Below, one piece after another: positions 37,312 through 51,349 of a stretch of 64,000 nt of DNA; the first letter of the stretch is position 1, and each line of letters begins with the position of its first letter. The position numbers were made by a program, and so were the translations under genes. The DNA comes from Spirogloea muscicola (taxonomy: Eukaryota). The notes under the pieces are model-generated. The model was not told the DNA's origin. It ran no database searches and saw only the letters and a list, made by a program, of their open reading frames with translations. The stretch is from the NCBI GenBank assembly GCA_009602725.1, contig WELB01000007.1, forward strand, positions 417,116 through 481,115. The letters are read 5' to 3'.

Positions 37312-40300
37312 TCAACAACTATTGATAGCATGTCTGGCTACAAACTCACGCACAAAAGGGTTTACGAGATGAGGAGCCTCGTCCTGCGCAAGGATCAAGT
37401 GTGGCAAGAGTCAGACAGGCAAGCCAAGCACAAGCTAGCTCCCACGCGCCCAACGCTATATAACACAAGCATGCTTGCCTTCGACACGACCAGTCTCGCT
37501 TGCCTGCGGGCAGTGGCCCACGTCGGCAAAAGTGACAAAGTCCTCCACCGTATCAAAATCTCCATACGCCCGGCCAAGTGAGATGGGCTCCCAGGGGTCC
37601 TTCGCGCCCCACCCAATGATGACTGGGCACTGGCAAAGTTGCGATGAGTGCACGTGTTAGGAGCTGTTATCGTGAGCCCACCCGGCTGCTTCTCCAGCTC
37701 TGACAATTACTTTTCAAATTGCTTATGTAGCGGACTTTATGAACACTTGTCCACATCTCCGCCACAAACAACGCACTGCCCGTCCTCGAGTCCAAGTTTG
37801 TAAGAACAGCGCTTACTTTCACAAGTGGAAGCATCTCTTCAGGAAGTGGCCCTCCCGAGTACGAGATGAAGTCAAGGAAGACGTCGACAGCGCCAGGTTG
37901 CAGGCCAGGCACAAGAATGTTCTCTACAAGCTCGTCTGTCACTGCTGCAACATCACAATAGCACTGCAGGCAGCGAAGAAGTCAGTTGTGTTATCACAAG
38001 TCATGGTCCACAATAGCGAGATCCTAACAAGGGTTCTCCTTCACTCTGTTCACTCCACCATTTACCCAGTTATAGTGAAAATCTTGCTGCTCCTGCATCT
38101 ACTCCAGATTTCTCAAAACCGACTGTCCTTGGATAAACTGGTCTTGGCAAGGCATATAATTTATTGAACGTCCCACAAAGCTTTTGAGTTGATCCCTGCA
38201 CCCTGGCCTGATTATGAGGCAGCAAGCTGCAAGAACTGGGCGGTTCACAGTTGACATGGGCGGTTCAAAGTTGCTGAGCTTCTGATCGGTCCATGTGCCA
38301 AGCTCGCTCCTAGAATTCAACAGGTTGCGCCACCACACCTGAGACAGAATCTTCTTCACAGCAGCAGGCTTGGCGACGGACTTGAAAAACATCCGCCCCA
38401 GGTTTGTCTCTCTGCCAAGAGGAAGACCAAAAATGATGTGATTACAGCACCTTCTGGGCTCACCTGAGTTAGCCAATGGACAGCAGGATCGCAAAAGCTC
38501 AGTACTGCCCTACTGCCTTCCTGCGGTAGTATGAAGAGCTTGACGTCCTGTAGCACTGCCAACTTACCGCAGCACGTTCTGCAGGGCCTTAACGAATGGC
38601 TTGGCATACCAATCCTGCTTCGAAATGTGGAGCTGCCGCAGCGATACATTGAGCAGCACAAGGCCTCGAACCTGCTCTGGTTCGTCAAGAGCAGCCTGGA
38701 GGCCCGTGATACCTGCCGGCGCACCCTCCCAAGCCGCCAATGTGTACCAGGTCAGCCAACACTAAGGACTCAATCGAAGATGCACGACTGTGCAAAGCTG
38801 ACCTGTTGCATCTGTAATGCGGTGTCCTCACCTCCAACAGAGTTTGTGATGAGAAAGGCAGGCTCCCCCACAACATCACGCGCAAAGTCGAGCACCTGTC
38901 TGCTCCAGTTGTCGAATGTGTAGAGCGTGTTGGGCGGCTGCTGTCGTGGGTCGGGCTTAGAGGAGAAGCCATAGCCCAGCATGTCAAGAGCAAATACACG
39001 GTGCGACCGCGCCAGCTCCGGGATGTTCTTCCGCCAGTGGTCGCTGGAATTGCACCGACCAAAATCACAAATCGAAGCCATTGTCAATTACCACAACCGG
39101 CAGAGCGGGCGGAGCCAGTTGAGGCCCTCAAGCAAGGGTCTCCATCGGGAGATGGCAATGGCGGTCATAAACAACTTGGGCTGCCATCGTACAGCAGCCT
39201 CAAGCCAAGGCCAGGAGCTCCACCCAGGAGAACCATACCAATTGGCGCCAAACCCGTGGATGAGGATGAGGGCGGGGCCAGCGCCACCGGCGCGCTGGTA
39301 CCGGATGTCATACCCTCTCCAGCGCCAGAAGCTGCGGCAACAGCAAGCAGTGGCGCGTCAGAGCGCCAGCTTCTCGTGGGGACTTTACCTCATTGGCAGC
39401 ACAGCATGCCGCTTGCATGCGGGCTCGTGCACGATCCTTGTACTGTGCAAGACGCAACTAATTGTCACGGCTGGGGTCTGGGATTGGGTTTCGGGCTCTG
39501 GGCTCAGATCAACGCTGGCCCGCAGTGGCACACTTGCGGGCTCTTGACGTCAAACGCAGAGTCTCTTGCAAAGCCCCCGTTAAGTGTCAATCATTCATGT
39601 CACTTTACAGACAATCCACTTCCTGTGATGTGGGCTCCATAATCGAACTCTGTCCAGCCGCAGTCTCCATCAGAACTGACATTGAGGACTCTGGACGACG
39701 TTTCTAGCGCCGCATGTAGGAGCAGGATGAGAGCAGCAGCTTCAGGCCGCCCACGCGGAGCCCAGAGCGACAGTATGACCGTCGCAGCGGAACAACGGAA
39801 GCTGCGACGGGCACTGGCTGCCAGGATTCCGGCAGCTGCCGACTGCGTACCCGGTCTCGACGAGCACGCCGTCGCGCACAGCCGCCGCGGCCGCCGATCC
39901 CGCCGCGGCCTCCCGGGAGGGCGTCGCCGCTGCCGCCTCCGCCAGCTCCGGCGGCGCCNNNNNNNNNNNNNNNNNNNNNNNNNNNNNNNNNNNNNNNNNN
40001 NNNNNNNNNNNNNNNNNNNNNNNNNNNNNNNNNNNNNNNNNNNNNNNNNNNNNNNNNNNNNNNNNNNNNNNNNNNNNNNNNNNNNNNNNNNNNNNNNNNN
40101 NNNNNNNNNNNNNNNNNNNNNNNNNNNNNNNNNNNNNNNNNNNNNNNNNNNNNNNNNNNNNNNNNNNNNNNNNNNNNNNNNNNNNNNNNNNNNNNNNNNN
40201 NNNNNNNNNNNNNNNNNNNNNNNNNNNNNNNNNNNNNNNNNNNNNNNNNNNNNNNNNNNNNNNNNNNNNNNNNNNNNNNNNNNNNNNNNNNNNNNNNNNN

Positions 40301-40370
40301 NNNNNNNNNNNNNNNNNNNNNNNNNNNNNNNNNNNNNNCGGCGGCCTCGCCGCGGACTGCGGCGCTGCGC

Positions 40371-40401
<31 letters not shown>

Positions 40402-40629
40402 ACTCGCGGTTGTCGAGTATCGTCGACGTATGGCAGGAGTCGGGGTCTCGACGGCACCCAAACGTGTCAGACCTAGTCCCACGAACGAGCGCAGCCGTCG
40501 CCTTGTACCACTGAGCAAAGCAATGCAGCAGTCCGTCCCACGCTGCTGCCACTCCACACCATCAACTGACGCCACCGTCGTTGCGTAGCTCCGAAGCCCG
40601 GGAGCCGCCGCGGCCGTGGCCATTGCCAT
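37312..40629 (-). CDS. Chloroplast pheophytinase-like alpha/beta hydrolase (start uncertain, spans a gap)
   Basis: FWRWRGYDIRYQ..LIHGFGAN, DHWRKNIPEL..FALDMLGYGFSSKP, NSVGG nucleophile elbow, FLDFISYSGGPLPE, WGAKDPWEP, GHCPQDEAP; the last intron is GC-AG. Confidence 0.9.
39959..40338. other. Assembly gap (others at 2269-2300, 49613-50540, 54930-55522)
   Basis: N runs. Confidence 0.99.
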
Positions 40630-41094
40630 TCCTCACAAGGAGACGCCCGCATAGCTGCCAATAGTCGGACCTCGGACATCACATCTCCCTCTTCTCTTGT
40701 CCTCCCTGGCACAGACACCAGCAACACGCCTCCAGCAACGGCACTGCGCGTCTCTGCGGCCCCCGGCACCCATTACGCATAGCGTTCAGCAGTCAGAGTC
40801 TGGGTGCTGCGTGCCGCGCCCGGAGCTCTGGCAGCTTGGCTCTGGCGCGGTGCTTCACGATGACCGCTACGCTGCAGGGACGGGCCAGGCGCCGGCGCAC
40901 ACGGCTGTGAGCTGCAGGGGCAGGCCTTTGCTGCCCGGTGGCCTTGGCGGCAGGTTGGCCATGGCGGCTGCGGAGAGCCCGACGGCCTTGCCAGGCCGTT
41001 GCCGGTCTGCAACGGCGCGGCCACTGTGAGCCGCCCTCAGCGGCGCAGCTGCCGCCTGCAGAGCTCGTCGCGGCTGCCTGCTGGCCTCCGTCCC

Positions 41095-43039
41095 ATGGCG
41101 CTAGCCGCAGTGGCCGCCGCGGCGCACCCGGGCCACGGCGGCCTCATGCTGCGCACCTCCGCCGCCCGTGTGCATTGCCTGGGGCTGGCAGCCGGCAGCG
41201 TCAGCGCTCCTCAGGAGCTTCAGAGCCAGCGACTGGGCCGCCGCTCCAGGATGGCCAGTCCTGGCCACTGCGGCGCGGTGACCACGGGCAGCGCAGGGCC
41301 ACTCGGCAGGGAGGCTGGCCGCAGCGGCTACGGCGAGGACGGCGATGGCGCTGCAGCTGCGGCGGTGGGCGTGTACTGGGATCTGGACAACAAGCCGCCG
41401 GAGAACGTGCTGCCCTTGGACGCCGCGCTGCGGCTGCGGGCCCTTGCGAGCGGCTTCGGCCGCCTCGTGGCCTTTGCCGCCTATGCCAACAGGTCGCCCG
41501 CTGCTGCCGCTGCTCTTAGAAGCATTGTTGCAAGCTTGACGCGAGCCAGCTGGGCAACCTTAGGCACACTGCCTGGGGCGACACTGACCTGCCCCTCGAC
41601 GTCGGCATGGGTAACCAGGCACGCATTCGAGCACGTCCCAGCGTGGGTGCAAGCAGAGCGGCTTGAGCACAGGGAGCGCGTGGCCCGTGAAGAGGCGGGC
41701 CTGGACGCACCGCCTGCCGGCGGCCACGCGTGCGGCCTCTGTGGGCGCAAGTTCGGCTCCGAGACCGCGCTGCAGCGGCACTTCCGACAGCTGCACAGCC
41801 GCGAGCGCGACCGTCGGCTCCGCCGCATCCAGCACCTCTCGCCCAAGTCTGTCCCGCCAGCATCAAGCATCATCTAAGCTCCTCCCTACCTTACATCAAC
41901 CGTGATCCTAATTTGGCCCTTGTGTACGTGATCCTAATTTGGCCCTTGTCTGCGCGACTGACGGTCATACCAGGGGTGTGGCACGAGGAAGCAGCCAATT
42001 GAGCGCCTAAGGGGCTCTGTACACCTCATCTTAACAATGTCAGCAGGAATGCCGCGGGTGTAGGCAGCGGGCGCGGGCACGCATGCGGGCCGCCGAGACG
42101 GAGCGGCGATATGACGACGCAGCGCGCAAGGCAGCGCTGATGCCGCGTCGTGGCTATGGCCTAGCGTCAGACCTCCGCCGCGCCGGCGTCACTGTGCGGC
42201 TCGTCAGCGATGCGCCCCAGGTGCAGGCTCTGGCGGCCATGCTTTTCCAGGAGGGCTGGTCGCTGTGGTTCAAGCAGTGTTTGACAATACGACCTGAGCT
42301 CTTTTGCACTGCTGGCACTCCAGGCGGCCGACACAGCTCTGGTGCGCGATCTGACGCGGGCCATCGCAGCTGGAGCGCTCGACTGTGTCTGCCTCGTATC
42401 AGATGACCGCGGTTTTGTGGGCATCCTGCGACTTGCCCGGCTGCGTGGGCTGCGCACTGTGGTTGTTGGCAACGCCGACGCCCTGGCGGTACGAGCTACC
42501 CTGTCTTTTCGAGTCCAGGCGCCCACAAGACTTTGCTCTGGTGGAAGGTGTGCCGCTGTTGCAGCTCTTGTGCGATTCTCATTTCCAGGGTTTTCACCAT
42601 ATCCTTAAATTCAATGCGCAACTTGCTGGCCACGCGCTTGGCCATGTAGAGTGTGGCGGATGAACGCTTCTCCTGGGCTGGAGTAGCCTCGGGCGGGCCG
42701 CTGGAGGAGCTTGGTGGCTGGCCGAGCGATGCAGAAGAGTTTGCTGCTGGGGACAATGACGACTATGGCGATGACGACGGCAGCGAGGAGGCCAATGACG
42801 CGGAGTGGTGGGACGATGACAGCTCTGGCGTCCTGCAGCGGCTTCTGGCAGACGCTTTCAGCCCGCTACGCAGGCAACCGTCGGCGTTTGACGAGGACGA
42901 GGCTGCAGTTAGCGAGGACAACGGCAATGGAGGCAGCAGCGACGAGCTCTTGTTCTGGGAGCATGGGGAAGGCAGCGGCAGCTATAGCGAGGAGGCAGCA
43001 GCGCCTTTGCTTGGCGGTGCATGGCGCGAGTACCGCTGA
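41095..43039 (+). CDS. NYN-domain + C2H2 zinc-finger protein
   Basis: VYWDLDNKPP, AYANRHAF, CGLCGRKF..LQRHFRQLH, GYGLASDLRRAGV, AAD.AL, LVSDDRGF, RTVVVG; acidic tail. Confidence 0.88.
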
Positions 43040-43123
43040 TTGTGCTGGTGCTCACGAGGCCACCGTGATCAGAAAGGCGTTACGCCTTTCCAAAATCTCA
43101 AAAATTTTGCACCAGTTCTGGGC

Positions 43124-44671
<1,548 letters not shown>

Positions 44672-44764
44672 GGCCGCGCCTGTGCTTCCCCTCCGTGATG
44701 GCCGGCAGGGCCGCCTGGTGGCTGCAGGCCACTCAGCCTCGCCCGGCCCCCCTACCACCTCCCT

Positions 44765-44980
44765 CGGCGGCCTCCGGCTTCCGTCAGGGTGACGTCTTTC
44801 CGCCCGCTAGCTATTCAGACCTGCATCTACTGACTAGAGGTTACCGGCAGTCCGCTTCCTGCTGTCCCGGTCCTCAGCACTCCGGCTCCTTCAGACCTTG
44901 TCCATTCCTTTGGGCGCTTGCTCTCTTTGGGCTGGCCTCTCCCAGCCACCACTTAATCTGGCCGCGCTTGCTCCTCTGGA
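44765..44980 (+). mobile_element. CRE-like ORF end plus 3'UTR
   Basis: AASGFRQGDVFPPASYSDLHLLTRGY; similar to 50590-50785. Confidence 0.8.
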
Positions 44981-45024
44981 ATTGGTCGCAGGACGGGTCG
45001 ACAAAACCCCCATCAACACATCCG

Positions 45025-45900
45025 GCCCTCCTTCCCCTCCCCCCCCCCATCTCTCCTGCCACTGCTGCTGCCCCACTCCTCTAGCAGCTCCTGACACGGA
45101 CGCAGGCCAGGTCGACAGGGCCCTCAGCGGCACTTCCGGCCCTTCTCCCCCTCTCCCCTGCCATCCCTCCTGCCACTGCTGCTGCCCACTCCTCCTCTAG
45201 CAGCTCCATCAGGACAGGTCGACAAGGCCCAATTTCCTTCTGCCCCAATCGGCGCTTCCGGCCCTCTTTCTCTCCCTGGCTGTGGACGTGCACGGGGCTC
45301 TCGGGTCCCAGTGGCTCGACCTGCTGGCCAGGCTTGCGCGGCGCGCTGTGTCCCGCAGGCGCGTTGAGCCGGCTGACTTCAACGCCGCTGGCTCGTGGGC
45401 TCAGGCATACCATATGCGATTGTCCGTCTCTCTCCAGCGGTCCATGGCCCACGCCTTGCATCTGCGTGCTGGCCGTGCTCTCGCTGCGGCCTCCGGCTTT
45501 CGTCAGGGGGAAAATTATCCGGCAGCTAGTCTGTCGGATTTGAGGCTCCTCACTCGTGACTACTGTGTGGTCCATCCTCCCCCGTTCTGACATAGCCTCT
45601 TCCGGCCCCCTTAGTAGCTGCTTAGCGCTTTTTAGGCCCCTCCATCATTTGGCCCCTTCGAACCTTTGTCAATACTTTTTCGGGCTGGCTTCTCACAGCC
45701 CTTGCCCCCATTGGGAGTGCGCCTTCTTCTTTCTCTCCCCCTCCATTCCTCCTGCCACTGCTGCTGCCTCACTCTTCTAGCAGCTCCAGAAGCGGACGCA
45801 AGGCCCCCAGGGGCACTGCCGGCCCTTACTCCCCCCCCCCGGCCATCCATCCTCCTACCTTTGCTGCTGCCCTACTCCTACTCCTCTCCCAGCCACCAGT
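45025..45900. repeat. ~100-125-bp degenerate tandem repeat (CCTCCTGCCACTGCTGCTGCC..CTAGCAGCTCC) interrupted by a CRE-like copy
   Basis: Unit cores at ~45050, 45165, 45745, 45850. Confidence 0.7.
45277..45727 (+). mobile_element. 5'-truncated CRE-like copy with a 12-bp TSD
   Basis: LAVDVHGALGSQWLDLL..LLTRDY; TSD TCTTTCTCTCCC at 45265-45276 and 45728-45739. Confidence 0.85.
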
Positions 45901-46099
45901 CAATCTGGCCGCGCTTTCTTTCTAGCAGCTCCAGAAGCTGCCAGATGCTAGCTGCTACGTTATAGATGTGCTTGCCTTTGTACTTGGCCGTTTTGGCCTT
46001 CGATTGTTTCAAATACACGGAAATTTACCTCTGTTTCCCCACCAGCTGGCACTCCCCAGCCTGCCTTCCTCCAGCAGCAAGTCGCCCCGAGAGGATGCA

Positions 46100-46490
46100 G
46101 AGCAGGCTCACCCGTTCCTCCAACAGAAGGGCTTGATACTGGGTCACCGATTTCAAAACCTCTACTTGCTGACCCGTGGTCACTGAGCGGGTCTGCTAAG
46201 CAGCAGGTGATGTATCTCTAGATGTGCTCGTCTCTGTGCTTGGCCACCCAGGCCCTCCACCAGTCAATGCACGTCTTGGACAACCTTCCTCCCTTCTCTC
46301 TTCTCCCTTCTACCTTAGTACTTGGCCACACAGGCCCTCCATCACTCAATACACTCCACTTCTTCTCATGACCTTGTTCATTCTGGCCTCTCACAGCCAC
46401 TGAAGGGGCTCTCCTAAGGGGGTAAGGGCTGTGGAAAGCAAGCCCGAACAGAATGGTCAAGGCACGAAGGCGCCGGAAAGCGTTAAAAGT
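46100..46490. mobile_element. Decayed CRE-like 3' fragments
   Basis: ..NLYLLTRGH*, UTR segments shared with 24400-24530 and 63600-63720, hairpin remnants. Confidence 0.55.
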
Positions 46491-46906
46491 CAATGCCTTA
46501 CACCAGCCACCGCCATCTCTGAATACTGAGCACATCAGAGATAACAACTTGCGGAGACTGGATGGAGGGAAACAGTATGGACAGTCGGTCAGTTGGACAA
46601 CAGAAGTCAACCTGTTAACCTCCTCCGCCTGCCCCCAAGAAACACAGTAGCGCAAGAATACATGACTAAGGGATTCCCATGCTGCCAATGACAGTTACAA
46701 GTGGAGAATGCTCCATATGAGCATGCCGAGGCAAACTATGAGATGCGTGACAGACGAATGCCTCTTCGAATCAGTCCCACAGCCGTGACCCAAACTTGAG
46801 GGCCAACTCCAAGGTAATATACAAGCGACTGAAGTGTCTGTAAGAAAGGACACCAGGAGACAGGCGTCATTGAGCAGGTGTTGGGACTATGTATCATCAC
46901 AGGCCA

Positions 46907-49564
46907 TCAGTGAGGCTTCGGAATGTGGCCATCCACAGCAAAGTTCCGTGTAGCTGCCGAACAGACAAAGACATCTGTCAGGTGGGGAGGCTTACAAGCT
47001 GCTCTAATCCAAAGATTAAACAAATGTGCAAGGGATGCACTTCATATAGGAGCAGCAGGGCAGCTCAACACAAGAGGAGCTTCTGAGAGCTACAATCGTT
47101 GTGCCTTACATACACGCGTACCAGCTGGAAGCGCCAAGCGCAGGCCATCAAACTCCTTGCTGGCGATGACTTGGCAACCTAAGCGCGACCTGAAAGAAAG
47201 AAGGACGACATGCAAGTGCTTGCTTCAAAAACCGTATGGCCACCTAAGCAAACACACATCTCTCCAATGCTTCAGCAGATGGTGATCACCTCAGAGTAGA
47301 TGAACCACTCTATCCTAGACCCTATACTTTGAATGCCCAATGCAAGACAGCATCGGGATAGGGGACTCAACCATTGACCTCCTGCAGCTTGTTGCTTAAG
47401 GACACATTTGTGAAATGGTCGGTCCAGCAAGACACGCGCATCACGTCACATCTCATGCTGGCAAGGTGACTCACGTCTCACACAGTCCAAATGCAAGGTC
47501 GAGCATGTCGTTCTCCTCATCTGATGGCTCCTCCATCTTCTGGAAGTACTCCTCATCCTGCAACACGCTCATCACACTACCCAAGTTAGGCTTCCTTGCA
47601 GGCCCTATCCCGGCTACCCGCGACAGCACAAGCAGATGGGCTTGTAGTGTCTGCTGCACAGCGCGGGCTCCCATTGCGCAGGGCATGTTGCGGCGGTATT
47701 TAACCTAATACCCCACTCTAGCCGAGGTTCAAGCTGATGACGCCGCTCACACTCTGCGGATACATTCAGCCTCGCAACCGGGTCGATCGAAGTTGCGCGG
47801 ATAGTTTGATCCAGCTTGCTTGATCCAGGCAAAGGAGCTACTTGAAGCATTCAGTCTCTCACCATGACAATCACATGGCAAGTGGAGCAGGCCAGAGATC
47901 CTTCGCAAGCTCCTGCAGTGCAGGACAAAGAAGCTGGGTATCAGCAAAGCAAACCTGTAGCACGCAAAGCTGTTCTTTAGCTTGATATCGTTTGAGTTCG
48001 ACAGAACTACTCACCAGAGGAGCTTTGTTGCTATATAGAGCAAGCATTGACAGACTTTGACAAAGAAGCCATCCCAAGCTCCTAGTTTAAGACCCCTTCA
48101 ATCCTCAACCCTGGATCTACTCAACCCTGAAGGCACAAGCTGTCGCCGAGATTGTGCCAATGAAGCGAAACCTAGCCTCCGTGGGTCAAATGAGGCCAGA
48201 TCTTAGTCATTGCGACGTCTCTCTGGGGGACCGCCTTCGTCGCCACTGTCAGGGCGTCAAGGACGAGAGCCGAGGCTTCCCAATCATTCAACACTCCTAG
48301 AAGAGCGAACACATCATATAGAGTTGCACGAGCAAGGCTGCCTTACATCGCGATCGAATTCCTGAACTCTTCAGCCTGAGTCTCCTTTGCATCTCACGCT
48401 CCAGATTTGAGCTACTCTACTTAACCTCAATTACTCCAACGGTAACGCACCACCCTAGCCTCTGGTGACCCCCCCAGGTATTGCTTCAATAGTTGCTTGA
48501 GTTGGTGCCATCTTGTAAGAGTTCGTGTGAACATATTACAACCTCATCTTCCTCTTTCCGCCGACAAAGGACTGCCAATGTGAGGGCAAAGAGTCCCACC
48601 CTCCAGGTCGATGTCGTTCTGATGAGCTGCTTCAAGCATGGACATGCCGAGGGGCACGCGAACGTGCTGTTCCCTGCCAGCCTTGTCCACAAACGTGACG
48701 CCGATGCTGCAGCAAAGTAGCAGCAGAATGAGATGGGCCAACAATGTGCAGGGCAGAGCTCAGCCAGGTCAGCGAGCCTGCTGCGTACATGAGCCCAGAG
48801 GTCTCACAACTCCAAGCTGACACTCAATATTTTGGGTTCAGAGCATCAAGGGCTTCAAACCTCAGTCTACCGACTGCATCTCTATGACTTTTTACATGTA
48901 AGTTTAAGTTTGTAAGTGGTTGGGTGTTGCTTCCAAGGCTTCTGGTTAATGGCAGAGCCACAAGCCTGTCCGCTTGAGATCACGCAGCACTCTAAGTATA
49001 TGCAGTTCAACATCCGGCATGCGGTGTTTCGGATGAGACTTTGGGACTTAGGAATCAGCTGGCCAATCGTCAGACCGCCGAAATTCACCTACGTCTCTGT
49101 CTCCACCTGAGGCGGCCCAATGCCTGAGTGGGCGCGCCGCTGCTCCGGCCATTGGCTGCCGCCGCGGCCACCTGCAGCGGACGAGCGACGGTGATCACTG
49201 CGACACGGCTGGGCAGCCTCAGCGCTTGAGAGGAGCTTACTCGCAAATGCTTCGACCATAATTCATCAGGCACTGCTGCAGAAGCTAGACACCTACCCCC
49301 AAACTTCACTGGATCGCAGGGCTGGATTTTCACGCTAGCTGGTGTTGATGTGGAATGACACCGTCTGGCGGCGATCGCTTCTCAGCCCGCTGATTGCCGT
49401 TTCTCATCCGGCTGCCTTGGAGACATCAGCAACTCGATTCTGACGAATGAGATAGTATTGTTGAACGCTCACAGGCGCTGGTGACGAGCGAGGTGGTCCA
49501 GTGGTGCGCCAAGGCGGCAGCGCCGGCAGGCGCCGCCGCACGGCCGAGCAGCCGCCGCGGCCAT
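46907..49564 (-). CDS. MFDX: Mitochondrial adrenodoxin-type [2Fe-2S] ferredoxin
   Basis: [73 protein letters not shown]; 5' exons approximate. Confidence 0.92.
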
Positions 49565-50540
49565 GGCTCTCGCGGCCGGCCTCGTCCGGCGGGGTCCGCC
49601 TGGGGCTCGCCGNNNNNNNNNNNNNNNNNNNNNNNNNNNNNNNNNNNNNNNNNNNNNNNNNNNNNNNNNNNNNNNNNNNNNNNNNNNNNNNNNNNNNNNN
49701 NNNNNNNNNNNNNNNNNNNNNNNNNNNNNNNNNNNNNNNNNNNNNNNNNNNNNNNNNNNNNNNNNNNNNNNNNNNNNNNNNNNNNNNNNNNNNNNNNNNN
49801 NNNNNNNNNNNNNNNNNNNNNNNNNNNNNNNNNNNNNNNNNNNNNNNNNNNNNNNNNNNNNNNNNNNNNNNNNNNNNNNNNNNNNNNNNNNNNNNNNNNN
49901 NNNNNNNNNNNNNNNNNNNNNNNNNNNNNNNNNNNNNNNNNNNNNNNNNNNNNNNNNNNNNNNNNNNNNNNNNNNNNNNNNNNNNNNNNNNNNNNNNNNN
50001 NNNNNNNNNNNNNNNNNNNNNNNNNNNNNNNNNNNNNNNNNNNNNNNNNNNNNNNNNNNNNNNNNNNNNNNNNNNNNNNNNNNNNNNNNNNNNNNNNNNN
50101 NNNNNNNNNNNNNNNNNNNNNNNNNNNNNNNNNNNNNNNNNNNNNNNNNNNNNNNNNNNNNNNNNNNNNNNNNNNNNNNNNNNNNNNNNNNNNNNNNNNN
50201 NNNNNNNNNNNNNNNNNNNNNNNNNNNNNNNNNNNNNNNNNNNNNNNNNNNNNNNNNNNNNNNNNNNNNNNNNNNNNNNNNNNNNNNNNNNNNNNNNNNN
50301 NNNNNNNNNNNNNNNNNNNNNNNNNNNNNNNNNNNNNNNNNNNNNNNNNNNNNNNNNNNNNNNNNNNNNNNNNNNNNNNNNNNNNNNNNNNNNNNNNNNN
50401 NNNNNNNNNNNNNNNNNNNNNNNNNNNNNNNNNNNNNNNNNNNNNNNNNNNNNNNNNNNNNNNNNNNNNNNNNNNNNNNNNNNNNNNNNNNNNNNNNNNN
50501 NNNNNNNNNNNNNNNNNNNNNNNNNNNNNNNNNNNNNNNN

Positions 50541-50870
50541 TGCAGCGGTCCCTAGCTTTTGCGGTCCACTTGCGCGCAGGCCGCGCTCTGGCGGCGGCCT
50601 CCGGCTTCCGTCAGGGCGACATCTTTCCGCCTGCTAGCTACTCAGACTTGCATCTACTGACGAGAGGTTACTGAGAGTTCGCTTACTGCTGTCTCAGTCC
50701 TTAGCACTCCGACTCCTTCAGACCTTGTCCATTCTTTTGGGCTGGCCTCTCCCAGCCACCAGTTAATCTGGCCGCGCTTGCTCTTTCTTTTTTTTGGCTT
50801 TGGACATTGTCCATTCTTTTTTGGTTCTGGCTTTGCCAGCCCCTCTTCTCTATTGGCGCGCACTTCTTTC
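50541..50870 (+). mobile_element. CRE-like ORF end plus 3'UTRs following a gap
   Basis: QRSLAFAVHLRAGRALAAASGFRQGDIFPPASYSDLHLLTRGY*. Confidence 0.8.
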
Positions 50871-51349
50871 TCTACAAATGTCCTGTTACCACCACAACTC
50901 GGCAGTGAATCAGCCTCGTGTGCGGTGAATGCAGTTGCCTTGTGCGCCCTTTGGGACCCGGTGTCCATTTGTTCTGAGCTGGAACAGCTCATAGCATCTG
51001 GTCACCTCCATGCTGAATTGATCACGAATGAATATTTATTTCCTTCTTTCCATACATGCCTTGTGACATGCCTTCGCTGAAGAAACCATCCACAAGGTCA
51101 CACACGTCGCAGACAGACTGCGCCCCGGGCCGCCCCCGCCTTGCCCGCCGCGACTTCCGCCGCGCGCAGCGCCGCCGCCTCCGGCGCCTCGCGCGTCCGG
51201 CACGGAGGCGAAGGTGGCGGCGCCGTCAAAAGGAAGTGCCAAGCTGACGCCGGAGGCCGTGGTCGCCGCAGCAGTGCGGCCGCGGCGCTCCCCACGCTCA
51301 GTCCCTTGGGACGCCCACTTGGGCGCGGGCGTGGGGACGGCCCGCCGCC

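Noticed and set aside
41901..41950. 26-bp tandem duplication (and a 19-bp duplication at 1948-1985)
   Set aside because: Ordinary slippage duplications with no further structure
49481..50674. Long ORFs spanning N gaps (also 54506-55867)
   Set aside because: Open only because of the Ns; the flanks belong to unrelated features
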